Shown here: piece after piece, positions 13,076 through 27,163 of the stretch
Layout: the number at the start of each line of letters is the position of its first letter
How positions within the stretch are numbered: position 1 is the stretch's first letter
NCBI GenBank assembly: GCA_951406725.2
Contig: OX597821.1
Location: 104,222,001 to 104,286,000, forward strand
Reading direction: 5' to 3'
DNA from: Octopus vulgaris
Taxonomy: Eukaryota
Length of the DNA stretch: 64,000 bases
Position numbers and translations under genes: made by a program
Notes under the pieces: generated by a model
Database searches by the model: none
The model's input: only the letters and a program-made list of their open reading frames with translations
Told to the model about the DNA's origin: nothing

Positions 13076-15105
13076 TGACTGCGCATATGTGAGTTAGTGT
13101 TTCGTTTGTCACTGAAGCTATCAAGACGTGCTTTTGAAGCCGTCTTCAATTGAAGAAATTTGAAGCTCAGCTGTAAGTACAACTCTTATTTTTGGGGTCC
13201 AGTGGGATTTGTTGTTTGCCCTAATTATTTTTGTACAAGCAAGAAATCCTCACTGGATTCTAAACTCTAGTCTGCCTGCAGGGGAGTGAATATATTTTTC
13301 TCACTTAATTGTGAGAATTATTGTTTTGAGCTTACCTTCCAAAATAATGTTTCACGTTAAGTGAATATTTTAAATAATTGTGAGAATTGCTATTTTGAGG
13401 AGTGTCTTTGCCTCCGAAGATTGAACGACTTGTATACCAGTTTATGTGGAAGTCGTGTTCCACTTGTGGCGTTCAGAGTTCGGCCTTGGCCGGGAGTACC
13501 TAGTGGCCGGAAGATATTTTTGCTGTTTTTGAACTATTGACTTCCTATTTTCTAATCTTTTTTGACTTTCTTTTTTCGTGAATTGTTTACCTTTCCTTCC
13601 TTCCTATTTTGAACTATTTTCGAAGTGTTATATAAAAAACACATGGCAATGAAAAAAGACAATGTTTTGGAATGGGAAATTATACTACCCAAACAGTGGT
13701 TGAAATACCGTGTAGAGAGGACGGTGGTGTTCAGGACTTACTTCAAGTCGCTCAACGCCATCACCCTATTTGAAAAGACTATAATTGAAAAGGAGTTGGC
13801 GGAGTATCTGCCAACTCTGAAATTCATTTCCAGGGGCTTCAAATACGCAACGTTGTAGTTGCAATTTGACACTCCTGAGGAGGCTCGCAAATTTGCGAGC
13901 CAGTCCGTTGAGGGCAAAGAAAGTTTGTTTCTTCCCACGTATTGTTGGGAGAGGTTGACAAGATCTTGGGTCTGTGGTTTGCCACCCGGGATAAAACTCG
14001 AGTGGATAGAGGAGACCATCCGGCGGGGTTTGGGTAGCAGCGAAACCAAGTTCCTCAATGTGAAAATTATTCCTGCAGCTGATTTAGTTCGGTCAAAATC
14101 TCTTTTGACCCTGCGGACACAATCCGCCATGAACCTCGCTTTCTCAGATTTTTTTGAAAATGGCCGGGTGCAGGTACCAGGTTATTCTTGAGGGTTGCCC
14201 CCCCCCCAGGTGTCATCGGTGCCTGGAGCGTGGCCATATAAAGAAAAACGGTCGCCAGGAACAAAGTAAAATCCTGGAAGAGTTGGTTGAGGGAATGGAA
14301 GCGGCCGAGGAGGCGGAGGACTCCTCGAAAAAGGGCCGCAAGAGAAAGAAGGTGAGCAACAATGGCTGCTCACCGAAGGATCCTACGGATGAGGGAGGGG
14401 AGGCGAATATCCCTGTCACGAAGGAGACGTACCCTCTTTCAGTTGAAAAGAAAAAAAAAGAGGAAGAGGAAGAGAAACGGGACATTGCCAGAAGTCGGTG
14501 ACATAGTCCCGGAATGTCCCGAAACCTCGTCGGTATAGGTTGTGGCACCGGCAGGGGAAGAGACACCGTTGTCTGGAAATGTGCCGCCAACGGTAGAATT
14601 GACTATCCCGCCCGCGGAGGAAGACGAATTATTGGTCTTCTTCTAAAGAGGCGGAGTGGTAGAAAAGGTGGTGGAAAAGCACCATAAGACAGTAGTACCT
14701 TTAGCCTGCACAAAGGATCCTGAATGGCCTCCGCAGATAGCTGTGGAGGTCATAAAGTCACCCGTGATGAGTAGGCTGAAGGCACTCAATGAGGAATATC
14801 ACTTTTACCCGGGTGACGCCTCAGTGTTATTGAGAGTTCCGAGTTTGGAAAGAAAGGTAAGAGGCTTAGAGCCTCATTTTGTTATTAAATATTGTTATTG
14901 AATATTGTTATTGAATATTGTGAGGTTTGTTGCCCCAGGAACAATATACAAGAGATCAATGTTCTCAGGAAAAATCGATCGGCAGGCGTCGCTTTTCCCA
15001 CCCATTAATCATCATTTTCATTTTCATTTCATATAACATTATGTCTATGACCATCCGACAGCTTCCTTTCTCTGTGTAAGGCCTTATGGTCAATATAATG
15101 AAATA
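13076..15105 (+). mobile_element. Non-autonomous ORF1(gag)-only non-LTR retroelement with 15-bp TSD
   Basis: Perfect TSD AAGAAGCTTGCTTCC at 13061-13075 and 15106-15120; A-rich 3' end; a single decayed ORF and no RT or endonuclease motifs. Confidence 0.75.
13643..14901 (+). pseudogene. ORF1/gag-like protein: RRM-like region, degenerate CCHC zinc knuckle, charged tail
   Basis: Joined ORFs 13643-13858, 13859-14191, 14154-14501, 14656-14901: RTVVFR...LQFDTPEEARKF...VCGLPPGI...VILEGCPPPRCHRCLERGHIKKNG; one in-frame stop (13856-13858) and frameshifts. Confidence 0.65.
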
Positions 15106-15244
15106 AAGAAGCTTGCTTCCCAACCACATGGTTCCGAGTTTAGTCCCACAGTTTGACACCTTGGGCAAATGACTTCTACTATTGCCTCGGGCCAACCAGA
15201 GCCTTCTCAGTGGATTTGATAGACAGAAACACAAAGAAACCCGT

Positions 15245-15302
<58 letters not shown>

Positions 15303-18044
15303 GTGTGTGTATGTACATATTTGTGTGTCTGTGTTTGTCCCCCACACCATCGCATAACAGCCGATGATAGTGTTTTAGGTCCCCGTAACATAGCAGTTCT
15401 GCAAAACAGACCGATAGAATGGGTACTAGGCTTACAAAGAATAGGTCCTGGGGTCGATTTGCTGCACTAAAGTCGGTGCTCCAGTATGCCCGCAGTCAAA
15501 TGACTGAAACAAGTAAAAAGGATATATATATATATATATATATATATCTTGAAAGCGAGAGAGCATGTGCGTGTGAGAGAGAGAGAGAGAGTGAGAGAAA
15601 TAGGGAGATAGAGGGAAACTTTAATGCATGCAGAATACAAACAGATTACTCGCCATGTTAATAATTTACGCTGTGCGTATATTTCATGATTCAGTTCATA
15701 TTATATGCATAGTATTTGTGAGTAAGCCTTATGTATTGAACAATCTTCAATAGACAGATTAATGTATTAAATATATTCCTAACATGTTCTTTTGATATTA
15801 ACACATGATTAAAATTCTACATAAATCACTTTCGTTTGCAGATTTAATCGGAGGATTAATAACACATAATTTCTTCTCTGAGCGGGGGTGGGGGTGAAGG
15901 AAAGGGGTGGGGGGAAATCTGATTATTTGTGTTTTATTCGTTTTGAAATGGTTATGTTTGAAGTACAATTATCCATGCGGAAAAATATTGTAATCAATAT
16001 TATTGCAGATAAGATGCCAGGAGAATGGGGGCGAATATTGAAGTTTAGGATTCGCAATTATGGAATTTTAACGCTCACATTTTCCTGTGCTTTATGAACC
16101 AAAAAGCGGCCGTCATATGATATCATTGTTATTTGGAATCATAGCATTGACCTAAATAATTCTCTACACATATTTTGCTTTTAGTAAATTAGTATATACA
16201 ATCCAGTATCAAAGCTTGAATAAATGACACCAGATACAAAAACGGTTCTAGACGACATATTTCAGATTGCTTGTTAAGTTAAATTGAAGTCCACATATTT
16301 GCTAGTGTGATTAGGGGAGAGATAAATTGTAAGAGAGCTGGTAATTGATGTAAAACATGCAGAATAAAACCAAATAAAAAATTAGGTGAAGTTGCCTGTC
16401 CTCAACCTGTCTACTCTTGCGTAACCCTTAAAATAAACTACATGTCTCAAGGAACCTCTGCACAAAAAAGAAATTATATACCCTATATTTCTCATATTTC
16501 TTTCACCGTAGTTCACCTGTTATATATATATGTACTAGACTACCCTTGGGCTGGAAAGATTTGGCTAGTATTATTTGCTCGCCCTGCAACCACATAACAT
16601 GTAATTCGGGTCATTTATCGCAAATAGCTGTTACGTGATAGCAGGGTTTGCTAGAAATAACAAGCAAATCTTTGTGGAGTACCGGGGGATACTTTGTATG
16701 CACTCGATAAAAGCTATTTCACAATGAGGTTACGAACGAGTTTTTTTTACGAAATATCTACAGTATTTTTAAAGAAATTTTCATTTTAGAATATTTTGTA
16801 AATTTGCCAAAAACAATCTTTTTGTAATGATATTCAGTTGGGAATTATTCTGAAAAACATGAAAATATTGTCTGTTTAAAGAAAGCTAAATTATACATAC
16901 TTACTGTACAAACAGCTTACATTTTTCAAATGACATTCACTTAAAAATATTTGTAAATGTCTTCAATATTATGGTTTAAAAAATCGAAAATAGAAATTGT
17001 GAAAAAAAAAATCATCGTTTATTTTTCATTGTCAACTCACTGTCTAACAGACAGATAAGAGTGTCTTCCCTTTCAAGTTGAAGATTATATTTGGAACATT
17101 TTCCATTATGCACCGTTTTGTGTATGTAGCGGTAGCTAGATACTTGAATGATCCCCCTTGCAAGAAAGATTATAGCATAGTCTCCCTTTCTAAATTTCTC
17201 GAAGCCTCTGTATCATGAGACGCGATTGTTAATTATTCCAAAAGCTTAGGCTATCTCATGGAAGTTTCTAGAATGCCTAGCGTTCCATTAAGAAAAACAG
17301 CTTGCTAATCCTGCTCTTCGATTCTTACTCGATTAGACTTAGCGCCATTCACGTCATTGCTATATCCGTCTATTTCTCTATGCCACATGATTGAAAAACC
17401 ACCACTTAGCTGTTATATCTATATTTCCTATCTCTGAACTTTCTTGCATAGATTACTTCATTAAACTAGATTCTGCATTTTGATTCTATGTATCATCATC
17501 GACTAGGAAATAAAATATATTTTTATGTAGTAAATACATTGTTCTTGAATTTATTCTTCATCTCTATATGGACTCTTGTAGTAATGTACTCGTGGCCATA
17601 TCAATACCTTCTACTGACTATATATAACCAGTACAGTTATTTATACCCTGGATATCTCTAATATTTTGCTAAATACTTTGGAGATTTACGATTCGTATCC
17701 GTATTAATATTTCAGGGTAAACTTAATTCATAGTATATTCCCATTATGCGCCAGTTTCGCTGAGTAACATTGCAAGCAAGCAAGATTGAAACCAACTTGT
17801 AATGTATTATAGATATTTGTTATATTTTTTGATAGCATAATAGGTTAGATAGGATGATATCTATATCACAATATTACAACAACCAAGAAAATTTTGAGCA
17901 TGTTAGTAATATTACTATCATGAAAATAGCATTAGCTTATCTCACTCTTTCTCGTAGAACCTTTTGCGGAACCCTAGCTCTCCGGAGAACTTCTATATGT
18001 GAGGTCATAGCCACTTGCACTCATTTATATATGATTGTGATCTT

Positions 18045-18240
18045 TTGTTCTTTTACTTGTTCCACTCATTCGACTGCGGTCATGATGGAGCACCGTCTTT
18101 AGTTAAATATATCAACCCAAGCATTATTCTTTGTAACCCTAGTACTTATTCTAGCATACACTTTTGCCGAACCTCTAAGTCACCAACATCGTTTGTCACA
18201 CCAACATCTGTTGTCAAGCAACGGCAGGGGACCCCCCCCC
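18045..18240 (-). mobile_element. SINE family B 3' half
   Basis: Reverse complement contains GACGGTGCTCCATCATGACCGCAGTCGAATGAGTGGAACAAGTAAAAGA, the family B tail. Confidence 0.65.
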
Positions 18241-18910
18241 CCAAATATATACACATATACATATATATATATACATATATGTATATCTATCTATCTATCT
18301 ATCTATCTGTCTATGTATCTTCGTACCTACCTACCTATCTATCTATCTATCGATACATATATTGACGAGTTTCGTTTTGTTCACTTTCCTGAGGAGAAGA
18401 TTGCATTGTTTATAACATTTATTCTTTTGAATAGTATCAGTGGAATTTTCGAAACATGTGTCGAAAGTAAAAATATTTCATTACACCTGCGTTAACTCCA
18501 TTTTTTTATTCATATTATTCAAAATATTCAACGTAAACACGAAGTTTCTACCTTTATAAACAAGGAGTTACAACACCTTTACTTGTGAGATTTTGCTTCC
18601 CTGGTAACTATTTATTTATTTTTCCGTGTTAATTGTTAACAAGGTAAAAATATTTATATATATATATCTAGCTATATGAATGTATGTTGGTATGTATTCT
18701 GTAAATAATAATAATAGAGTTTTATAAACTTAAAACTTATAGCGACCACTGTGCAATGACTAAAGAAAATAGTCTGATAGGCATATAAGATCTCGACAGA
18801 AAGAAATATGTTTCCCCGTACGTGTGGGAATCGGACCCACACCTTTTTGTTTACGCGGAGTGTTCGTGTCCCACGTGTACAGGGAAATATGTATATATAT
18901 ATATAAATAA

Positions 18911-18960
<50 letters not shown>

Positions 18961-19003
18961 GTGTATAAGTATGTATATATATATATATGTATATATATAT
19001 GCA

Positions 19004-19036
<33 letters not shown>

Positions 19037-20295
19037 ATGTGTGTGTGTATGTGTGTGTGTGTGTGTATAGTGAGAACTCTATATCAGTAAATGTTAAGTA
19101 ATATTTATGTTGATATCTGAGGATATTCAAGTGTAATCGATTCAAAGTCGTACAAATTATGACTATTTCAACCTTTTATGGCCGGCGACGGATATCATAT
19201 TTGTCTTCATAGCTGATACTGTTGTATTCTAGTGACAGATAGTTTATGACAGAGTAGACATTTATCACGAATAATTTCTGCCTTCAATATTCTCTTACAC
19301 AGTGCTATCATAAAACTATTTCGTTTATATCAGGAGTCACTAAACGTTTTCGACCGTCGGCACCCTGTAGCTAATGTTCCTCCTGCATCGACTCCCTTTA
19401 GCTACATCTCTCCTTCCGCGTCGACCACCCGCTTCGTTTGAAATATCTCAATACCCAACCCTACCGTACCATATCTTAAATGCGTACCGGGTACTGATGC
19501 TGGCAATTAGAATGTTAGCTAAAATATACATTTACGACAAATTGAGAAATTCTATTGAAGATGACACACTTGTTACATTTAAAACTACGTGCACAAGTGT
19601 ACAATTTTTAAAAATATTCTATATGATATTTTTCTTTTCAAGATGCTAATATGGGCTTAGAAGATGTGACCGGCATTTATAGAATATCAGTCGGTGGTGT
19701 TAGTTTCTGTTCATTTACCGTGTTAAACGAACATGAATTAAGCGAAGAAGTGTACTATATTTGTTGGAATAGTGTTAAATGTTATCTCTTAAATTAATGG
19801 AATAAAGCTCTTGAGGTAGACTGTATTTCACGTACGACTCTAAGGCATTATAATATCTCGAGTGTACGCGGTAATTGTCGAAGTAACATTTAATGTGGAA
19901 ATCAAAGCTTTACCTAACAAACATGGACAATAAGAACTGATAAATTAAATAAACGTTGAACATAATTGGACAGACACAATATATTAACCGACCAATTAAA
20001 TTAATACCTGATTAAATTATTCTATATGGCCATGGAATATGACTACTGCTTGCACGAAGTTAATAAAAGCGATGTTAAGACTCCCAAAGGAATTGTTAGA
20101 CTACAATAGTTTGTTGCCATAGACTACGACTCAGGGTTTGTGGCATAAATTGTTATTTCTTTCTTGCAGGTAATTAATACGATGCTGTATAATAGTTTGT
20201 TATGTGAATGCACCGTGGAAATAATTTACGTAGATGAATCTATTAATAATAAATGATCACAATAAACAATTCAAATAATCTGTGATGCTATACGC

Positions 20296-20636
20296 GTGTG
20301 GTCGCCTTCGGTCATGACACTGACCATGGGCTTGCACCAAAAAAATTACCCTCCCAGGCACAAGTCTGGACAAGGTTGTTTTATGGAAGACCAGCAGTCG
20401 CCCATGCATACCGGCCTCCTCTCTCTACGCCACCAGTGTTATCCAAAGGAAAGGCAAAGGGGTCAATACAGCTTGGCACCTGTGACGTCGCAACTCATTT
20501 CTACAGCTGAGTGAACTAGAGCAACGTGAAATAAAGTGTCTTGCTCAAGAACACAACACGCAGCCCGGTCCGGGATTCGAGCTCACAACCTCACGATCGT
20601 AAGCTCGACGCTCTAACCACTGAGCCATGCGCCTTC
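20296..20636 (-). mobile_element. tRNA-derived SINE (family C), near full length
   Basis: Minus strand GGCGCATGGCTCAGTGGTTAGAGCG (box A), GAGCTCGAATCCCGG (box B), then CTTGAGCAAGACACTT and CACTCAGCTGTAGAAATGAGT (CORE-like body). Confidence 0.8.
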
Positions 20637-21998
20637 ACATAGCATAGGGGATTATGTCATTACGATTTACCCAGCAACGGGTTCATTTGCCTCCGTAAAG
20701 CAATGATAAAATGCAAAGTAGGCTCTAGCTACATTACAAATAAAATGACGTGCAAGATAATGTCGTAGTATATATATTACGTAGAACCAAAAATATGGAA
20801 TCACATGTTAAAAATGTTTTTGATCTAAAGGTTTTCTGATCTGTTGATAAGGAGGAAAACCACAGCCATGTTTGTGAAATTAATATTCAAACCACCTCTT
20901 TCGATATACAGATGTAGTTGCTGTCATCACAATTGTTCGTATTTAACAAGTCTTGTTTAACTAGGATGTCTTTCTGTAAGTTTAGAAGGCAATATGTTGA
21001 AATAGTTTCTGACGGTAGGATGTGAGTGATATGATGTAACTTTGATGTTATTTCTAAAATGGTAGACTGATCTCATCCAACAGTATCTACTTTCTATACT
21101 ATGATTGTGGCATAAACATGGCTGCTTTCATCTCATGTAGATTGGTTTAACATATTCTGCGGTAAATCAACATAAACGATAAGATATGTACTTTAACGAG
21201 GAAATATAGGCAAAGGAAAAATATTTTACTTAAATGTATATGATAGATTATTATGAACAAGCAAAGATATTGATTTAGTAGCGGAAACAGAATAAATTCA
21301 TAAAATGTTTGAAAGGACCATAAGAGATTCGGCTTAAGAGCTAACAAAGACTCACACTCTCCCTCTCTCTGTCACTCTGTATATATATATATATATACAT
21401 ACACATGCATACAAACACGTGAAGGAGCATCAGATAAAAAGAGTTTGTATACCCTCATCATGCCTGTTCCAATGTAGAGCAGCGTCGGCTGTAAATCCTC
21501 TTAAGCGGCTTTAAACGTTAAAGGAATAACAATGCCTTAGAAGGACCTCGGAGGATCGCCAAACACCAACGTTTCAACCTGATTTACCCTTCTCAGTGAC
21601 GCGACGCACTAATCGGATATTGTACACTTGATCAGAAAACAAGCCCCGCTGATGTTTTTCGAAGCTGGATAGACTTCAAATATATCACTAGATGATATTT
21701 GGAATAATTATTCCGGCAACGCCTTTATTTATATATATGTTATAAAAGTTATACACATCATTATACTGGTCTACTCCTGTTTGGAATGCGTATATTCATT
21801 TAATTTAAGCGTGGTTAGCTCCCAGTAGAATCAGCAGATATTTTCTACACTGCTTTCTATACTTGAACAATGGTCCCAGCACGGTTGATAGTTTCTGCAC
21901 TGTTTTCCCCTGGGTAGGTACAGTCAAGTCAAAGAACTGGAGTTTAAAAATCCACTGACATTCAGGGAGAACTCTGTGTTATCAACAAATTACATACA

Positions 21999-22087
<89 letters not shown>

Positions 22088-22363
22088 AGTCGACTGTCTC
22101 TGGTTCACAATGCATACTCTTAATCAATATAAGACGACAACGTACAACACAGCTCTAATAAGTGCTCTCTCTATAAATGCCTGTAAGAAATATAAATGAT
22201 GGTGAAATAATTGAAAACATATAATTGGCAGTCTATAGATCAATAATGAAAATATAAGTATACAACATACTTATGTATGTGTATCCACTCGCGTGTGTTT
22301 GTATTGTGGCTTGCGCGCGTGCATGAGTTTATGTGGGTGTGTGTGCAAAAGCATATCAATATA

Positions 22364-22788
22364 TATTTCTTTATTGCCCACAGTGGACTAAACATAGAAG
22401 GGACAAACAAAGACAAACAAACGGATTAAGTCGATTACATCGAGCCCAGTACGCAACTGGTATTTATTTAATTGACCCCAAAAGTGATGAAAGGCAAAGT
22501 CAATCTCGGCGGAATTTGATCTCAGATCGAAGCGGCTGACGAAATACCTATTTCTTTACTACCCACAAGAGGCAAATCACAGACGGGACAAACAAGGACA
22601 GACAAACGGATTAAGTTAATTACATCGACCCCAGTGCGTAACTGGTACTTAATTTATCGACCCCGAAAGGATGAAAGGCAAAGTCGAACTCGGCGGAATT
22701 TGAACTCAGAACGTAACGGCAGACGAAAGACGAAATACCGCTAAGCATTTCGCCCGGCGTGTTAACGATTCTGCCAGCTCGCCACCTT
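22364..22788 (-). mobile_element. SINE family A head-to-tail dimer
   Basis: One head at 22788 and two bodies; junction AGTAAAGAAATA|GGTATTTCGTC near 22548. Confidence 0.88.
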
Positions 22789-22927
22789 AAGATATATATT
22801 TATATGCTTGTATGTAGTTCGTGCTTGGATGCCAATGTACATTCAAATACTTATCTTTATGTCTGAAGACATATATGCTTGTATCTCTCTGTGTATGTAC
22901 GATTTTATGTATGCGTGTATATAAATA

Positions 22928-22988
<61 letters not shown>

Positions 22989-24861
22989 CTGTGTACTTGT
23001 GTGTATATATTTACGAAATGGAAAGAAAAAAATATAAATTGTCTGTTAAACCAGTCTAAACTCTTTATATACAGTCCATCACAGTTAATTGCCAAGTAGA
23101 TAATTTACATAATTCGGTTTAATATATAACTTCGGAAGCACCAGCGGCTTTAGCATAAGATCTAAATGGAATTTTAGTTAATTGTATATGCAAATAAAAC
23201 ATCAATGCCTGTTAATCACATGAAATACATTTTTCGGCTGTGAGTAATAAAAAAAATGTTGAAATTTAGCATAAAATTGAACATTTATTTAATTTGGTAT
23301 GATTAACGTGATTTTCTAAGCTTCCGTTTCATGATGTGTTCAAACGACTACAGACATTACTTTACTTTGTTAAAAAGAGTTAAATTTATTCATGTTATTC
23401 TTGAACTAAACAGTGTAGTAATTCATATCCTAGTGTAATTTTTATCCATGTAAGTATCTTGAAATCTGTCGCTGTATTCTTCAATAAATAAACATTTATT
23501 GTATACATTTACGAAAAACTCTATTTTGAATCATGCAGTGAATGGCTGCTCTTTTTACACCGCTTCATTAGCCTATCGTTTTTCGACTGCGCAATCTTCT
23601 GTTGCATCCAGTTAAATTCTTTTTAATCGTCATGACTTTAGTCGTGTCTTGAGTAATTTAAAATGTATGAAATTTGTCGAGACGTAGAAATGCGGTGAAA
23701 CGTGAGTGAATAAGGAATGCGTAAGGTTACCGAAACACGTGTCATTAATCATAGCGATACATCTCACTGAAAATTAACTTCGGCTGTATGAAACAAGTAA
23801 ATAATTTATTCAAAACACGAATAATAAAAAAAATCATAATTTTAATTCATAATTCTTTCATGTTTAAGAGGGTGACAGTTCTTTCTTTACTCACACTACA
23901 TTGGTAGATTTTAACTTTCTTGCAATTACTCGAATTTATGTAATTACATATTATAGTTAATTGCTTAACATCATTACATAAATTTCTAACATTATGTGTT
24001 TCACAACGAATTCAGCGGTACAAATATAACTTGCCGCCTAAAGTATAAAGTAAAATAATGATAGATCAGAAAGTGTTCATAAGATAATACAATATAAATT
24101 AAAATATAAGTGAAACAAACGTAATGGGGGTGAAAAACATAGTTTCCATTTTAATTTATATTTCTATATTTTGGGAAGAAATGCGAAAGATACCGGGTCC
24201 TTAATCTCTTTCATTTTCACCTGACGATATGCTATTAATTGCGAAATCCAGAAATATTTAGTGCAAGTCGGCTTTTTGTCATGGCTACTTCTGTTTTTCA
24301 CTCTTATAATTTTATTTGCGATATCTTAGCTTTTGAACGAATTCAGTTTTAAACTTGAATATCACAAAAAGTTTTGTCCCAAGGTGAAAATAACGAGAAA
24401 ATATCTTAGAATTTAGGATCCTTTGAAGTCCACGTCAGAACCTCTTAACAGGATAAGTATATGGAAACGACACTCCTAGGTCCGATCACAACATTGAATG
24501 CAATCGAACTACTAGTTTAAGCCCAATGAGACATGAGCATTCATCAGTAAATGTATATCCCAACCGCTTTTCTACATCTACATCCACGCGTGCATCCCGT
24601 AAACTATGCCTGTTTTATGCAAGTACTAATACGCGACTCGCTGCCTCCACACCGGTTCAACACGTACGCCGTTACGCAAACGCAACATAATTCCATACAC
24701 GCATAAATTCACACATAATGTCGGTAACGCGTTTCTCTCCTTTTAAATTACATGCATGTTTCAACATATCTCCCTCATGTTTTGCATCTATTACGTCACC
24801 ACATATCTTTTTCTAATTTATTGACTTACATCAATACATTTGACCCCTTCCGAACAACACC

Positions 24862-25303
24862 GGATATTTTGAACGATTTGAACGGCAGTTTTTCTAGCGG
24901 TGTCATATGAAATTGTCAACCATAATTATGACCCTAGTATCGATCTATTGCATTTCAATCTGTTTTAGGGTTAGTTAGAGTTAGTTAGGGTTAGGGTTAG
25001 GGGTGGGGGGAAGGGTGTCTTTTATTCTTCACAAATGTAAATAAACCCAATCTGTTTCTTAAACGAGGGACATATTCATACGACAGAGAATGTTTTTTAC
25101 CTCAATAGACGTCATTGATTGGTTGGAGTTGCAGATATTGAAGAAAAAAACAACAACAAATATCTTTCAAACTATAGAATTTTTTCAATAGAGCCAAGAG
25201 AAAAAGATGTTTTATAAATACATTCTACCAGTATACGAAGTTTAAAAGTGTTTAGTTACGTGGAAATTATTTTAAAAAACTGCCGTTCGAACCGAAAAGA
25301 TCC
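24862..25303. mobile_element. MITE with ~30-bp TIRs, 8-bp TSD and internal TTAGGG repeats
   Basis: TSD ACAACACC at 24854-24861 and 25304-25311; ends GGATATTTT..TTGAACGGCAGTTTTT and AAAAAACTGCCGTTCGAACCGAAAAGATCC. GG termini with an 8-bp TSD fit Merlin; hAT is not excluded. Confidence 0.85.
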
Positions 25304-26239
25304 ACAACACCTATTATAGCTTATTCATACCCATCATTCCTATGTCCGCACGCAAACATGTTCATACATTAACTTATACGCGTACATAAACACATTTACG
25401 CAATTTTTCCACGCGTACATAAATTTATCTCACATGATTTTTCATACACAGACTGCTACGTTATCTATGTTACTGAAGATTCATTTTCCCTCCCACGTTC
25501 GACACATTTATACCGCTTATATTATTGTTCAGGATTTTGTTATAAACAGCATAAATCATTCTTTCCCGTTTATCACAGCACGGTTTATCATTCTATAAAA
25601 GTCGTTCCTCTCGTACTTTTACTCAAAAATATATTCCTTATTACTTTTTCCTTCCCGGCGAATGACCCATGGCGGAAGCGTCATATTTTCTTACTTCCCA
25701 ATTCACAACATACAAAACAATATTAACTTCATATTTTTTCGCTGTTTTTATTTTGCTGCTTCTATTTTAAATTGATTTTCTGGCATCGCAAGTATATATT
25801 ACCTATATTCTGCACTCATGAACTTGTTGATGAACAAGAAAAAAATTGATGCGTGCAGAAAACTGCATAAATATATTTAATAGTCAAGGACTTCAGTTGG
25901 TGAACTTTTCTTTTCTCGTTATATCAACTTTGAAATAATTATATCGCTTTTCCTGCTTTCGCTTCCACCACTCATGAGGTATAGACAAGTACACATCATG
26001 TATGACTTGTGCTGCAAGCAAATATATCGTGACATAACGTTAAAAAATGTCTTAAAGCTACAATATATCTATTAGGAAAATTGTGATAGTCATTTCACTA
26101 ACGACGCGTTCGTAATATTTGTTGCAAATATATAACAATTGCATTAACGTACATTTCTTTCTTTCCTTACGTATTTTTCTTAAAAGCTTTTGTTTCCACG
26201 AAGTACGTTAGTTCTAAGATGTCGGCAATTCGTGTATCT

Positions 26240-26283
26240 GTATATATGTGCTTACAAGTATAGACATATACATACATACATAT

Positions 26284-26331
<48 letters not shown>

Positions 26332-26950
26332 GTATATATACACGTGTGTGTGAGTGTATACTTACGTACATAAATGCATACATATATATATATATGTATA
26401 TGCACAGATGTATGATTATATATGTATATACGCAGACAAACATATATATTAATGAATACATTTATACATACATACGTATATATACCTCGATGCGTACACA
26501 CGTACATAGGCATATTTACAAACACACACATACACAGGTATATTCATAGACATGGACCGTTTCTCGAAGTTAGTGATTTTGCGTAAACAACTCTTTCTAT
26601 AATACGAAAAAAGACACATACAACCGCTATACGCCTAGACGTACACATTTACATACATTAACACACATAAATACGCATACTTATCTCCCCACAATCCGCA
26701 CTCACGTATATTACAAGAATAGCTTTATGAGAGTGTATGTATGTGTGAAAATGTGCATATATTTGTATATGTTGTATCAGTATGCACACATTTATGTATG
26801 TCTATATGAACATATATATGTATATATGTATATATGTATATATGTATACGTATATACAAAGACACGTAAATGCGCTTTTACATATACACATATGTATGTA
26901 ATAAATATATATATATACATACACACACATACGCTCATGTGTATAGATAT

Positions 26951-26981
<31 letters not shown>

Positions 26982-27026
26982 CATTCATATATACAAATAC
27001 ATACTCACACACACGCACACACATGT

Positions 27027-27073
<47 letters not shown>

Positions 27074-27097
27074 CATACACACACAGACACAGACACA

Positions 27098-27160
<63 letters not shown>
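26240..27160. repeat. TA/CA/CATA compound microsatellite field
   Basis: Direct reading. Confidence 0.9.

Positions 27161-27163
<3 letters not shown>

Larger units (their letters stand above)
13039..15520 (+). mobile_element. Composite SINE family B split by a 2-kb insertion (head 13039-13075, remainder 15106-15520)
   Basis: GGCATGGCTGTGTGGTAAGAAGCTTGCTTCC is continued 2 kb later by AAGAAGCTTGCTTCCCAACCACATGGTTCC..., as in the uninterrupted head at 34721-34790. Confidence 0.85.

Noticed and set aside
20560-20636. tRNA gene (also 49140-49212 and 53512-53600)
   Set aside because: Box A/B heads lack a complete acceptor stem and continue into SINE bodies.
21565-21600. Hammerhead-like CTGAGAA...GAAACGTT on the minus strand
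   Set aside because: Core deviates and stem II does not pair.
24218-24255. CTGACGA...GCGAAA hammerhead-like motif
   Set aside because: Stem II is weak, with no convincing stem III or cleavage triplet; could be a PLE remnant but is unsupported.
24960-25015. True telomere or chromosome fusion site
   Set aside because: Only a few repeats, enclosed within a TIR/TSD-bounded MITE.
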